DNA of 64,000 bases from Marinilabiliaceae bacterium (GCA_036350795.1 JAZBNV010000137.1:24302-88301); one strand, 5' to 3'; shown: positions 34,135 through 46,160, counted from the first letter of the stretch. A program made the numbers and translations. Notes: generated from the sequence alone by a model not told the origin.

Positions 34135-36006
34135 TCAGTATCTTACCCCAATAAGCAGTACATCATCAACCTGGGCATTTGTACCTTTCCAGTCCTCGAA
34201 TATTTTGTTGAGCTTTTCACCCTGCTCTATCATTGGAAGACCTGATACTTCGAGCAGGGTATTCTTAAGATGCTTAACCATAAACTTTTTCTGCCTGGGT
34301 CCGCCAAACTGGTCGCCAAAACCATCAGAAAACATATAGAAACAGTCTCCTTTCCTTAAATCTATTTCATGCAGCTTAAAGGGGCTCATTGAATAATGTA
34401 TAGCTACGGGCATCTTATCAGCCCTGTAGGTTTCAAGCTCACCATCCCTGATAAAAACAAGCGGGTTATTTGCACCGGCAAACCAAAGTTTATTCTTTTT
34501 GTAATCGATAAGGCTCACCGTCATGTCCATTCCGTCCTTTACCCTGTCTTCATCTATCGATTGCTTAAGCGAATCAATAATTTCATCGCGCAGCATATTA
34601 AGTATCCTGTCTGGCATTTCAACACCCTTGCCATTTACAATTTCATTGAGCATGGTTACACCAAGCATGCTCATAAATGCACCGGGAACCCCGTGGCCCG
34701 TACAATCGGCTGCAATAATTATCTGGCGGTCATTATTCTTGCTCACCCAGTAGAAATCACCCGAAACAATATCAAGTGGCTTGTAAAAAACAAAATGGTC
34801 GATCTCATCACTGAATAGTTCGAGTGATGGGAGAAGTGCAGTCTGTATGCGCTTTGCATACATTATACTATCTGTAATATGTTTTTTCTGGTATGCAATC
34901 TGGTCGCGCTGTGATTCAGCCAGGTCCTTCTGCTTTTCAATTTCGTCCTTCTGCCTCGAAATAGTCCTGTTCTTTTCTTCCAGTTTGATATTTGCCTCCT
35001 TCTTAATCCTGTAGCCCCTGTAGATATAGTAAGCAAGGAAACTGATCAGAAGGAGTACAAAAGCTGCTGCAATAAGAAAAATTTTCTGCTTCTCGATCGA
35101 TTCAAGCTGCACCTTAATCTTTTCTTCCTGTGTATTTATCAATTGCTGCTTATCCCCGATCTCAACAAGCTTGTCGGCAATATCAGCCCTTTGTACCAGC
35201 AAGGTATCACGCTGGGCTGCAACCTCTGCCTGCTGTATAGCTATGGTCCTTTTCTGGCTTGCAATTTCCTGCTCCTGACCCCGTATTTCCCTTGTCTGCT
35301 GCTCCAGTTGTCGCTGCTTAAGCCTCAGAACCTCTTCTTTTTCTGAAATTTCCCTGTCAAGGCTATCCAGCAGGGCTTTTTGTCGCTCAATTTCAGCCAG
35401 CTGTTCTGCAATAATCTTTTTCTGCTGCTCCACAACCTCGAGCTGCCTTTCAAGTTCTTCGCTGGTAACATCATAAAGGTTTTCCCAGTCTTCAACGGTT
35501 TTTACAGCCTGAACCAGCAAACCCGGGTTAATTCCCAGTCCGGCCCGGTCAAGCATCTGTTTGTTTATTTCAAACCTGGGCTCACCATTTACTACAATAT
35601 AATTAAACATCGAATTCCCAAATTCATAATCCTCGCTCATAATAAAGGCCTTTGTTCCCTCCAGCTTCTTTACAACTTCCTTAAGGTTATATCCTTCCTT
35701 CTTCGACACAAAAAGGACATTGGGCTTCTCAATATCCTCAACCTTACGATAGACTCTTACAACAGCGGGAATACCGTGTATTTCCCTGCGGGTTTTTACC
35801 AGGTCTGTTACTTCGGCATAGAAATATGTGTCTTCTGATAAAAGGCCTATCTCAAAGATGGCCAGCTTATCCAGTGCATCACCGTAATCCACATACCTTG
35901 TGATATCAAAAATATACAGTGCTTTCTGCCTGTTCGAGAAACCCTCCTGGGCATTGATAGTGATAAGAAGAAATAAAAACCCGGTTATTGCAACAGCTTT
36001 TTTCAT
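34135..36006 (-). CDS. SpoIIE/PP2C-family protein phosphatase with extracytoplasmic YfiR/DUF4154-like domain, coiled coil and TM segment
   Basis: Signal peptide, a long Q/E-rich heptad region and a TM segment (IFLIAAAFVLLLISFLAYYIY). C-terminal PP2C block DFYWV...ADCTGHGVPGAFMSM...SDGF. Confidence 0.8.
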   Translation of the reverse strand: MKKAVAITGFLFLLITINAQEGFSNRQKALYIFDITRYVDYGDALDKLAIFEIGLLSEDTYFYAEVTDLVKTRREIHGIPAVVRVYRKVEDIEKPNVLFVSKKEGYNLKEVVKKLEGTKAFIMSEDYEFGNSMFNYIVVNGEPRFEINKQMLDRAGLGINPGLLVQAVKTVEDWENLYDVTSEELERQLEVVEQQKKIIAEQLAEIERQKALLDSLDREISEKEEVLRLKQRQLEQQTREIRGQEQEIASQKRTIAIQQAEVAAQRDTLLVQRADIADKLVEIGDKQQLINTQEEKIKVQLESIEKQKIFLIAAAFVLLLISFLAYYIYRGYRIKKEANIKLEEKNRTISRQKDEIEKQKDLAESQRDQIAYQKKHITDSIMYAKRIQTALLPSLELFSDEIDHFVFYKPLDIVSGDFYWVSKNNDRQIIIAADCTGHGVPGAFMSMLGVTMLNEIVNGKGVEMPDRILNMLRDEIIDSLKQSIDEDRVKDGMDMTVSLIDYKKNKLWFAGANNPLVFIRDGELETYRADKMPVAIHYSMSPFKLHEIDLRKGDCFYMFSDGFGDQFGGPRQKKFMVKHLKNTLLEVSGLPMIEQGEKLNKIFEDWKGTNAQVDDVLLIGVRY

Positions 36007-36250
36007 CTCAGGAAAGGTTTTGGTTTACTCTGACTAATTTCGGCAGAATCATTGTGAAAAGCAAACCAAAGCATCCTTATAGCTCTGAAGTTCTGCATTT
36101 GGCATATGTCAGCCTCTGTACATCGCATAATGAGGATAGTTTATCAAATTTTTACATTTTATGTGTGGATAAATTGTTAACAAATAGAAGTCTTTCATAA
36201 TTTTTTCATACATTCAAATCGTATTTTTGCTAAGCACAGATACTAAGCGC

Positions 36251-36670
36251 ATGTACCCTGACCACTATCACCTGGATTTATCAGACAAGACTATAGCAAT
36301 AGTTGATGATGATCTTGCATCAGTAAAATACTTTGAAGTACTGCTCAAAACCACCGGGGCAAACGTCGTTTCTTTTATGAACGGTACAGAGCTGGTTAAC
36401 TACGTATCGGAATATATCAAAACGATAGATATGGTTCTGCTTGACTACCTGATACCTTTTATGAACGGTATTGAGTGTGCAAGGCAGATAAGAAAAGTGG
36501 ACAGGAATATTCCACTTGTAATGATCACCGCGTTTTATACACGCGAATCAAAAGAAGAAGCCTTTCTGGCGGGTTGCAATGAGTATGTGCTTAAACCGGT
36601 TGTTCCTGAAAAAGTTCTTGCCCTGCTTGAAAAGTATCTTCTCCAGAGGGAATACGCTGAAAAAAGTTAA
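36251..36670 (+). CDS. stand-alone receiver-domain response regulator
   Basis: IAIVDDD...MVLLDYLIPFMNG...PLVMITA...KP receiver signature with no output domain. I prefer the ATG at 36251 over the TTG at 36227. Confidence 0.85.
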   Translation: MYPDHYHLDLSDKTIAIVDDDLASVKYFEVLLKTTGANVVSFMNGTELVNYVSEYIKTIDMVLLDYLIPFMNGIECARQIRKVDRNIPLVMITAFYTRESKEEAFLAGCNEYVLKPVVPEKVLALLEKYLLQREYAEKS

Positions 36671-36671
36671 T

Positions 36672-39600
36672 CTAAAATCCCGGCACTCCTCCCTGCATCT
36701 TTGTCACATACTCCTGGTATATTAGCTGAAGCTGGTCTGATATCTCATTCCCAAGTTCTTCTTCATCATTGTTTATGCATGCTGCCGAAACCCTCGACAG
36801 GTAACCAAGCGAAGTCTGTATTTCGTAATCAGCAGCTCTCATCAGGTCGGACCTGAGCCCGGTATAATATCCCAGTATTTCACCATAGTGCTCCCTCATC
36901 TGTGAAATAAGATCATAAGCCCTGTCTTTTGCCCCGGCCTGCAGGTAGGCTTCTATTACATCGGGCATAAACATATCCCAGGGCAGCTGCGAAAGAGGTA
37001 ACTCGTTCATAACATGATCAAGTACTTCAACAGCCCTTTCTTTATCTCCTTCAAGCACAAGTGCTTTTGCAAGCTTTGCATAACTGAGTCTTGCCCTGAT
37101 CACTGACAGGGTTCTTTTATGATAATAATCCAGAACAACGCTTTCATCGTTCGCATTTCCCCATTCAAACTTATTCATCAGGTTTTCGTACAGTATTTCT
37201 GTATCTATACGGCCGTAATCCAGCCAGCTTCTGTTATGCGACTTAATGGGCACCAGCCTGTAGGCATTTCCCTCGAGCTGGAAATACTCCTCGAGTCCGA
37301 ATGCATCATCATGATAGCCGGCAACATAATATACCGGCCTCTCCCAGTTGTTATTTGCAAAGAAATCAAGAACCATAAGCTGGCTCTTTAATATATAATT
37401 ACCTTTCAGCGTAATATCAATATAAGGTACTATTTTATCTGCATCCTCTGGCTTCACCGTCCCGTTAGCCAGCACCTTTTCTTTATCGACGGGTATTCTT
37501 ACTTTTCGCGAAGGTATATAGTCTCTTTCAACCCCGTCACCAAACCTGTATTTGGTTGCCGGGTCTTCATTATTAATAAACTCAATCAGCTGCTTAATAT
37601 TTACAGGATCCTTTATCCTTTCAATAATATACACCTGGTTATTAACACCATCATAGTATTTGCTTCTGGGCAGGGACAGGGGCATTGGATCAGAATCATT
37701 CATTTTATGCTTCATCTGGTCAATAAACCAGTCAGTATTGAATAACATAAGGTTGCATACCCTCACATCAGTTCCAATCTCCTCAACTTCCTGGGCATAC
37801 CAGAGGGGGAAAGTATCGTTATCACCATTGGTAAAGAGAACTGCATCGGGAGCGCAGGACAGGAGATAGTTTTTCGCAACGGCAGTTGCAGTATATCTCC
37901 CGGAACGATCATGATCGTCCCAGTTCTGGACTCCCATAATTACAGGAACCACAAGTCCGGCCAGCACCGCAAAAGGTACGGCAAGCTTTCTGCCGGCCAA
38001 TTTAGCCAGCATTTCGTATAGAAAGAGTACTCCCATCCCGATCCATATCGCAAATGCATAGAATGATGCAGCATAAGCATAATCCCTCTCTCTTGGCTGG
38101 TTAGGATACTGGTTAAGATACACCACAATGGCAAGGCCGGTCATAATAAACAGTAGCAGTACCACCCAGAAATTCTTTATGTCTTTATTAAGCTGAAAAT
38201 AAAGTCCTATTAATCCCAGTAACAGGGGAAGCATAAAATAGACATTTCTTGAAGGTATATCCTTCAGAACACCCGGAATATCCTCTGTAGGGCCAAACCT
38301 GGGTTCGTCAAGAAAATCAAAGCCTGTGATCCAGTTTCCGTTAAAGGGTCCTCCTGCCCCCTGTATATCGTTTTGTCTTCCCGAAAAGTTCCACATAAAA
38401 TACCTGAAATACATATATCCCACCTGGTAGGAGAACATAAACTTCAGGTTCTCTCCGAAAGTAGGTTTATATTCTATCCTTTTCTGACCATCGGGGCCAG
38501 TTACCTGTATTGGCCTTCCCTTTACCGGAACCCACTCTTTGTAAACCGAAACATGATCAGACTGTGGACTGTACATCCTGGGAAAGAGGGTCACAAAATT
38601 GTCATCATATTCGGGTATTACGGCATGGTTGGTAATCTCATACCTGCCGTCAACCGGGCTGTACTGGGGCTTACCTTCCTTGTAGCCATCGAGTGGTGCA
38701 TTATAGTATGGTCCCTTTACCAGCGGTTGCTTGGGGTACTGTTCCCTGTTAAGGTAGTAAAGCATCTGGAAGGCTGTTTCAGGATTATTCTCATCCATCG
38801 GCGGATTTGCTGACGACCTGATCATTATAAGTGCAAATGATGAAAAACCAATCATAACAAGCATAAGCGATGTAAGAATGGTATTCAGAACGGCAACCTT
38901 ATTCTTTGCCAGGTAGTATACACCCCAGGCTAATAATGCAAGTATTAGAAGATTAAACATAAGACTTCCTGACAGAAGCCATACGCCCGAAAGCAAGAGT
39001 GCAACTATTGCGAATATTGTTGTCCTGTTGGGTTTAACATTATCAAGAGTTGATCGTATTGCAAGAATAAGGAATAAGGCAAACAATAAAACCAGGAGGT
39101 AGAGACCTGAATTATAGGGCAGACCAATACCATTTACAAGCATTAACTCAAACCTTGTGGCCACTGTAAAGAATCCTGATACCAGACCCCACATAACAAA
39201 GGCAAGAAGAACCAGGGATATGGCAATTGATACACCAAAGCCCTTCCACGAAAATTCATACTTCTTAAAATAATATATATATACCACCGCAGGGATGGCC
39301 AGGAGGTTAAGAAGGTGAACCCCTATTGAAAGCCCAATCAGGTAAGCAATTAATAAAAGCCACCTGTTCGAATATGCTTCGTCGGCTTCGTTTTCCCACT
39401 TCAGGATTGCCCAGAAAGTGATTGCCGTAAAAAGAGATGACATTGCATATACTTCTCCTTCAACTGCTGAAAACCAGAATGAATCGGAAAAGGTATAAGC
39501 AAGTGCCCCTGCAAGCCCGGCACCCATAATAGCTATTGTTCCGCTTAGTGAAGTATCCTTGTTTACACCAATGGTAATTCTCCTGGCAAAATGAGTAATG

Positions 39601-39893
39601 GTCCAGAAAAGGAACATTATAGTTAATGCACTCGCCAGAGCCGACATAAGGTTAACCATAAGGGCCACTTTCGACACATCAGAGGCAAAGAGCGAAAAGA
39701 GCCTCGCAACAAGCATAAACGTGGGGGCTCCCGGCGGATGACCCGGTTCGAGCTTATACCCGGAGGTAATATATTCACCGCAATCCCACAAACTCATTGT
39801 TGGTTCTACGGTCGAGATATATGTAATGGCTGCTACAATAAAAACAAGCCAGCCAAGGGAAATATTCAATCGCCTGTATAAATTCATAAACAA
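36672..39893 (-). CDS. DUF2723 / GT117-type polytopic membrane protein (TMEM260-like putative glycosyltransferase)
   Basis: The N-terminal block SLWDCGEYITSGYKLEPGHPPGAPTF is characteristic of DUF2723. More than 10 TM helices and a TPR-like C-terminal part. 1073 aa. Confidence 0.75.
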   Translation of the reverse strand: MFMNLYRRLNISLGWLVFIVAAITYISTVEPTMSLWDCGEYITSGYKLEPGHPPGAPTFMLVARLFSLFASDVSKVALMVNLMSALASALTIMFLFWTITHFARRITIGVNKDTSLSGTIAIMGAGLAGALAYTFSDSFWFSAVEGEVYAMSSLFTAITFWAILKWENEADEAYSNRWLLLIAYLIGLSIGVHLLNLLAIPAVVYIYYFKKYEFSWKGFGVSIAISLVLLAFVMWGLVSGFFTVATRFELMLVNGIGLPYNSGLYLLVLLFALFLILAIRSTLDNVKPNRTTIFAIVALLLSGVWLLSGSLMFNLLILALLAWGVYYLAKNKVAVLNTILTSLMLVMIGFSSFALIMIRSSANPPMDENNPETAFQMLYYLNREQYPKQPLVKGPYYNAPLDGYKEGKPQYSPVDGRYEITNHAVIPEYDDNFVTLFPRMYSPQSDHVSVYKEWVPVKGRPIQVTGPDGQKRIEYKPTFGENLKFMFSYQVGYMYFRYFMWNFSGRQNDIQGAGGPFNGNWITGFDFLDEPRFGPTEDIPGVLKDIPSRNVYFMLPLLLGLIGLYFQLNKDIKNFWVVLLLFIMTGLAIVVYLNQYPNQPRERDYAYAASFYAFAIWIGMGVLFLYEMLAKLAGRKLAVPFAVLAGLVVPVIMGVQNWDDHDRSGRYTATAVAKNYLLSCAPDAVLFTNGDNDTFPLWYAQEVEEIGTDVRVCNLMLFNTDWFIDQMKHKMNDSDPMPLSLPRSKYYDGVNNQVYIIERIKDPVNIKQLIEFINNEDPATKYRFGDGVERDYIPSRKVRIPVDKEKVLANGTVKPEDADKIVPYIDITLKGNYILKSQLMVLDFFANNNWERPVYYVAGYHDDAFGLEEYFQLEGNAYRLVPIKSHNRSWLDYGRIDTEILYENLMNKFEWGNANDESVVLDYYHKRTLSVIRARLSYAKLAKALVLEGDKERAVEVLDHVMNELPLSQLPWDMFMPDVIEAYLQAGAKDRAYDLISQMREHYGEILGYYTGLRSDLMRAADYEIQTSLGYLSRVSAACINNDEEELGNEISDQLQLIYQEYVTKMQGGVPGF

Positions 39894-39958
39894 TATTTAA
39901 TTCAGCGGGTTAAACATATAAACAGATGGCGAATTTAAACAATTTGGACAAACTTTTC

Positions 39959-39966
39959 TATTTTTG
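39959..39966 (+). promoter_or_regulatory. candidate Bacteroidetes -7 promoter box (TAnnTTTG)
   Basis: TATTTTTG lies 17 nt upstream of the ATG at 39983. Confidence 0.35.
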
Positions 39967-39982
39967 ACTTCTACATTATACT

Positions 39983-42862
39983 ATGTTAAAAAAGATCTTA
40001 AGCACTATTCTACTGCTCCTGCTGTTCTGGCCTCTGTCAAAAGCCCAGTACTATAATACCGGACAGGAGCCGTCTTCTCTTAAATGGGAAGAATTAAGAA
40101 GCGGTCATTTCAGGTTTATCTACCCCGAATCGTTTAAATCACAGGCCCTCAAAACAGCATATACTTTTGAAGAATCCTACAGCTTGCTTAAAGATCGTTA
40201 TAATGGCAGGCATATCAGGAAATTCCCTGTTATCATCCATAATCACAGCATTGAGTCGAACGGTTACGTAGCCTGGGCCCCGAAAAGGGTTGAATTATTC
40301 CCTTTCCCCGGGCAGTCGGGAATACCACTTTCGCATATTGAGCAACTTGCCCTGCACGAACTTGTGCATGTAACACAGATGCAGGCACTCAGGGAAGGAC
40401 TGTCGGCACCCCTTGAATACATTTTTGGCGAACAGTACCCGGGTGCCTTAAGTGTTTTTACTCCTTTCTGGTTTCTTGAGGGTGACGCTGTTCTTTCTGA
40501 AACCGCCTATTCCCTGTCGGGCCGGGGGAGGCAGCCCGATTTTGAAAAAAAGCTTAAATCACTGCTTGTTGAGAACAAAAACCCGTATTCGTACGATAAA
40601 ATGATAAGCGGCTCTTTCAGGAATTATACACCTGATCACTACAGGTTTGGGTACCAGATGGCTGCGTATGCCAGGGGGCAGCTAAATCCTGATGTTTTCA
40701 GAAATTCGGCAGATATGATAGCAAGGAGGCCCTGGTTGCTTAACCCGGTAAATATATCATTCAGAAAAGATATAGGCGAGAGCAAGGCCTCTCTTTACAG
40801 GAAAACGATGGGCTATCTTGCTGAAACATGGATAGCTGAAGATGAGAAGCTTATCAAGAGCAACTTCAACTATCACTCCGCTAAACAGGAGAGGGAATAT
40901 ATAAACTATAATTCTCCTGTTATTATTAACAATGATTCTATTATTGCACTTAAAACCTCGTTTACAAAACCCCCGTATTTTGTATTGCTTGATGGAGATA
41001 AGACTGAAAAGAAACTATTTACACCGGGTATTATCTGGCCATATTTCTTCTCTTATGCAAGGGGTATACTAACATGGGCAGAACAATATCCTGACCCAAG
41101 GTGGGATAACAGGCAGTACTCTGTTATTAAAACCTATAATATATATTCGGGCGAGCTTAAACAACTTAGTTCATCCGGCAGGCTGTTTTCTCCGGCAATT
41201 TCTCCTGACGGGCGTTTTATCGCAGCAGTAAAAAGTGATGCCGGCTATATAAACAGTATCGTTATATTGGACCGCTTTACTGGTAAGGAAATAAAAGATA
41301 TACCCACCCCTGCCAACGAACTGCCTGTAAGGCCGGCATGGGACAATAGCATGTCTAAAATTGCATTTATCGCGTTTACCGACAGGGGCGAGGGCCTTAT
41401 GACCTACTCAACTGAAAGCGGCAAATTCAATAAAAGACTGGATGAATCCAGGAATGACCTTCAGTCACTTGCTATCAGAAACGACTCAATATTTTATGTT
41501 AGTTCCATTTCGGGCATTGATAATATTTATCTTAATAAACCCGATGGGAGTAATACAAGGCTTAGCTCATCAAGATTTGGAGTATCCGGAATAAGCCTCT
41601 GGAATAACAGGCTTGTGTTCTCAGATTATTTTTCAGGAGGCGACAGGATTGCCAGCTACCCGATAGAAAATAACACTTCAGCACCGGCGCCGGCAATGCA
41701 GGCAGACCTGTTGCAGGTAAGCAAAATCAAAGAAGAGCCACTCGCAGAATATGATGAAAGCAAGGCTGGTCAGATGGACTACATTATTAAACCTTACAGG
41801 AAATGGAAACATCTTTTCAATATCCATAGCTGGATGCCTTTTTATGCTGATGTCAATAATATATCCTTCGACAATTTAACGGTAAGTCCCGGGCTTACAA
41901 TAATGTCGCAGAACCACTTAAGTACTCTTACCTCATCAATTGGTTACGAATATAGGGATGGAGATCATTTTTTAAAATCATCACTATCGTGGAGAGGCTG
42001 GTATCCGGGAATTGATCTTGACATCACTTATGGAGGTGATCCGGTGATTTACAGGGACGAGAATAATACATATTATCCTGAATATGTGTACCCCGGATTA
42101 CAGCTTAGATCGTCGGTATATCTGCCACTCCGATTCAGGACCGGGAAATTTTCCCAGACTCTGTGGCCTGCTCTGAGTTTTTCGTACAAAAACAATTATG
42201 TATTTGAAGATGAAGGGAATCAGTTTGATTACGGCCAGGTACTGGCCAGTGCCAGGATCTATTTTTCAAATATACACAGGATGGCTGTAAGGGACATCTG
42301 GCCGTCATGGGGCCAGGTTTTTGACCTGGTATATACTGCTGCTCCCGGCGATCAGACTATTTACGGCCCCATATTAACACTGCGGGGCACGATGTATTTT
42401 CCGGGCTTTGTAAGAAACCATGGAATACGTTTAAAAGCAGAGTTTGAAAAGCAGGAGCTGAAGACCCTTATACAGTCTAACAGGATCAGCTTTCCCCGGG
42501 GTTACAGTGGAATAATTTCTTCAGGTATTTCGAGTTTTAAAGCCGATTATACTCTACCACTTGCATATCCTGATTTCAACCTGGGATCATTTATATATCT
42601 CAAGCGTATCAGGTCAGCTCTTTTCTATGATTATGCAAGGGGAAGGGACAATTATCATATCTCCGACCAGGCTATGGTAAATGCTTATGAGTCTTTTTCT
42701 TCAGTGGGAGCAGAATTACTTGCTGATTTTTACCTTATGAGACTGCCATTCAATTTCAGTGGAGGGATGCAATTTGCATGGCTCCCTCAAAGAGAGGAAC
42801 CATTTTTCAATATTATTTTCAGGATGGATATCTTTGGTTTTGTGATAGGACGGGAACCATAA
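39983..42862 (+). CDS. secreted 959-aa protein with HExxH motif, PD40/TolB-like repeats and a beta-rich C-terminal region
   Basis: Signal peptide and HELVH encoded at 40355-40369. SPAISPDGRFIAAV is a PD40-type repeat. The C-terminal third is rich in alternating aromatic/polar strands. Confidence 0.6.
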   Translation: MLKKILSTILLLLLFWPLSKAQYYNTGQEPSSLKWEELRSGHFRFIYPESFKSQALKTAYTFEESYSLLKDRYNGRHIRKFPVIIHNHSIESNGYVAWAPKRVELFPFPGQSGIPLSHIEQLALHELVHVTQMQALREGLSAPLEYIFGEQYPGALSVFTPFWFLEGDAVLSETAYSLSGRGRQPDFEKKLKSLLVENKNPYSYDKMISGSFRNYTPDHYRFGYQMAAYARGQLNPDVFRNSADMIARRPWLLNPVNISFRKDIGESKASLYRKTMGYLAETWIAEDEKLIKSNFNYHSAKQEREYINYNSPVIINNDSIIALKTSFTKPPYFVLLDGDKTEKKLFTPGIIWPYFFSYARGILTWAEQYPDPRWDNRQYSVIKTYNIYSGELKQLSSSGRLFSPAISPDGRFIAAVKSDAGYINSIVILDRFTGKEIKDIPTPANELPVRPAWDNSMSKIAFIAFTDRGEGLMTYSTESGKFNKRLDESRNDLQSLAIRNDSIFYVSSISGIDNIYLNKPDGSNTRLSSSRFGVSGISLWNNRLVFSDYFSGGDRIASYPIENNTSAPAPAMQADLLQVSKIKEEPLAEYDESKAGQMDYIIKPYRKWKHLFNIHSWMPFYADVNNISFDNLTVSPGLTIMSQNHLSTLTSSIGYEYRDGDHFLKSSLSWRGWYPGIDLDITYGGDPVIYRDENNTYYPEYVYPGLQLRSSVYLPLRFRTGKFSQTLWPALSFSYKNNYVFEDEGNQFDYGQVLASARIYFSNIHRMAVRDIWPSWGQVFDLVYTAAPGDQTIYGPILTLRGTMYFPGFVRNHGIRLKAEFEKQELKTLIQSNRISFPRGYSGIISSGISSFKADYTLPLAYPDFNLGSFIYLKRIRSALFYDYARGRDNYHISDQAMVNAYESFSSVGAELLADFYLMRLPFNFSGGMQFAWLPQREEPFFNIIFRMDIFGFVIGREP

Positions 42863-42864
42863 GA

Positions 42865-44277
42865 TTAAATCTTTGCAGAAAGTTCCTTAATCAATGCCCA
42901 GGCTTTTGCCACATGTTCTTCTGTAACATTAGTCTGTGAAGTTACCATCCTCAGTACATACCTACCCTGCAATGAGGTGTGGGTGAGATATATCTTTCCT
43001 GTATCATTAAGCGAATGATTTAGCCGGCGGTTAATGTCGTTCAGTTCTTCAATGTCGTCCAGGTCTGGATTAAACCTGAAAACAACAGTATTAAGGGGTA
43101 CCGGTGCAAGAAGTTCGAAATGCGGATCAGCCTCTATTCTCCTGGCAAGACCCGATGCAATGGAAATATGTTCCCGCACCATATCCCTCAGTTTTTCCAG
43201 GCCGTAATACCTTAGTACAAACCATAGTTTAAGAGCCCTGAAGCGCCTGCCCAGAGGGATGCCCCAATCGCGGTAATCGTTAACCGCACCCCTGGTACGG
43301 GTCTTAAGATATTCAGGTAATATCTCAAATGTCTTTATCAGTAAATCGGCATCTTTAACAAAATATACTGAACAGTCAAAGTTGGTAAACATCCATTTAT
43401 GAGGATTGAAAACAAAACTGTCTATATACTCCTTTCCCTCAATCAACCAGCTATACTCGGGTAATATCAGTGCCGTGCCGGCAAGTGCAGCATCCACATG
43501 AACCCATATATTATTCTGAGCCGCAATTGCGCCTATCTCTTTAAGCGGATCAATGGCTGTCGTTCCTGTTGTCCCGATAGATACTATAACACAACAGGGG
43601 ATATATCCGTCCTTTATATCTCTCCGAACCTGCTCTTCAAGCAAATCGCTCCGCAGCGCATAATTATTATCCACATCAATCTTTACCAGGTTTTCTATGC
43701 CGAATCCTGCTATCTTAACTGCTTTATCGATCGATGAATGTGTTTGCGTGGAACAATAAACCCTTAGTTTTTTGCCAGAATATAAGCCACGCCTGTTGAC
43801 CTCAAAATTCGTATATTTTTCCCTGGCACTTATAAGAGCTGCCAGTGTGGCACCAGATGCTGTGTCCTGGATAACTCCTTCAAAAGAACCCGGAAGTCCC
43901 ATAATATCCCTTAACCAGTTTAAAACCCTTTCTTCGAGCTCGGCAGCAGCCGGTGATGTCTCCCAGATCATACACTGTGTGCCCATGGCAGCGGTAAGCA
44001 TCTCTGCCAATACCGACGGGCCCGAGCTGTTTGCCGGAAAATAGGCGAAAAAATTAGGGCTCTGCCAGTGTGTTATACCCGGGAAGACTATCTCCTCGAA
44101 ATCTTTCATAATATTCTCCATCGAATCAGCAGAGTAGGGAGCTAATTCAGGCAGCTGGCTATATATTGAACCGGGCTCTGATTGAGATTTTACCGGGAAT
44201 TTTTCGATATTTTCAAGGTAGTCGGCTATCCAGTCTGCCATTTTATGAGCCTCAGCTCTGAATTCTTTCGTATCCAT
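42865..44277 (-). CDS. pyridoxal-phosphate-dependent aromatic-L-amino-acid (DDC/TyDC-type, group II) decarboxylase
   Basis: The N-terminal region is colinear with DDC (FRAEAHKMADWIADYL..., THWQSPNFFAYFPA, SPAAAELE). PLP-lysine motif NPHKW. 470 aa. Confidence 0.85.
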   Translation of the reverse strand: MDTKEFRAEAHKMADWIADYLENIEKFPVKSQSEPGSIYSQLPELAPYSADSMENIMKDFEEIVFPGITHWQSPNFFAYFPANSSGPSVLAEMLTAAMGTQCMIWETSPAAAELEERVLNWLRDIMGLPGSFEGVIQDTASGATLAALISAREKYTNFEVNRRGLYSGKKLRVYCSTQTHSSIDKAVKIAGFGIENLVKIDVDNNYALRSDLLEEQVRRDIKDGYIPCCVIVSIGTTGTTAIDPLKEIGAIAAQNNIWVHVDAALAGTALILPEYSWLIEGKEYIDSFVFNPHKWMFTNFDCSVYFVKDADLLIKTFEILPEYLKTRTRGAVNDYRDWGIPLGRRFRALKLWFVLRYYGLEKLRDMVREHISIASGLARRIEADPHFELLAPVPLNTVVFRFNPDLDDIEELNDINRRLNHSLNDTGKIYLTHTSLQGRYVLRMVTSQTNVTEEHVAKAWALIKELSAKI

Positions 44278-44311
44278 GCCTGGATAAATTTAAGGTTGAT
44301 AAAAACATGTA

Positions 44312-44333
44312 AGGACGTAGCATGCTACGTCCT
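44312..44333 (-). terminator. probable terminator of atpD-atpC
   Basis: Perfect 22-nt palindrome AGGACGTAGCATGCTACGTCCT, 24 nt after the atpC stop. On the minus strand it is followed by TACATGTTTTTATC. Confidence 0.55.
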
Positions 44334-44356
44334 ACATAACTTTGTAAATCAGAATC

Positions 44357-44622
44357 TTATTCTATAATCCTCTCTACAAGGAGGATGACCTTGTTCATCC
44401 TTAGCTCAACAACCCCTCCGTCGGCCAGGAATGTATTTTCGGTCCCGTCATTCATAAACAATGTAATCGGGCCCCTTTCAAGGGTTGATACCAGGGGGGC
44501 GTGATCGGTAAGAACCTGGAATGATCCTTTACGGCCAGGTATTCTGACTGAAGCAACTTCGCCTTTAAAAACAGTTTTATCCGGTGTTATTATTTCTATA
44601 TTCACAAGATGTGATTTAAGCA

Positions 44623-44623
<1 letters not shown>
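44357..44623 (-). CDS. atpC: F0F1 ATP synthase subunit epsilon (short form, beta-sandwich domain only)
   Basis: 88 aa, 1-nt overlap with atpD. Sequence is typical of the N-terminal epsilon domain. Confidence 0.85.
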
Positions 44624-46146
<1,523 letters not shown>

Positions 46147-46160
46147 TTATTGTGAGTGTA

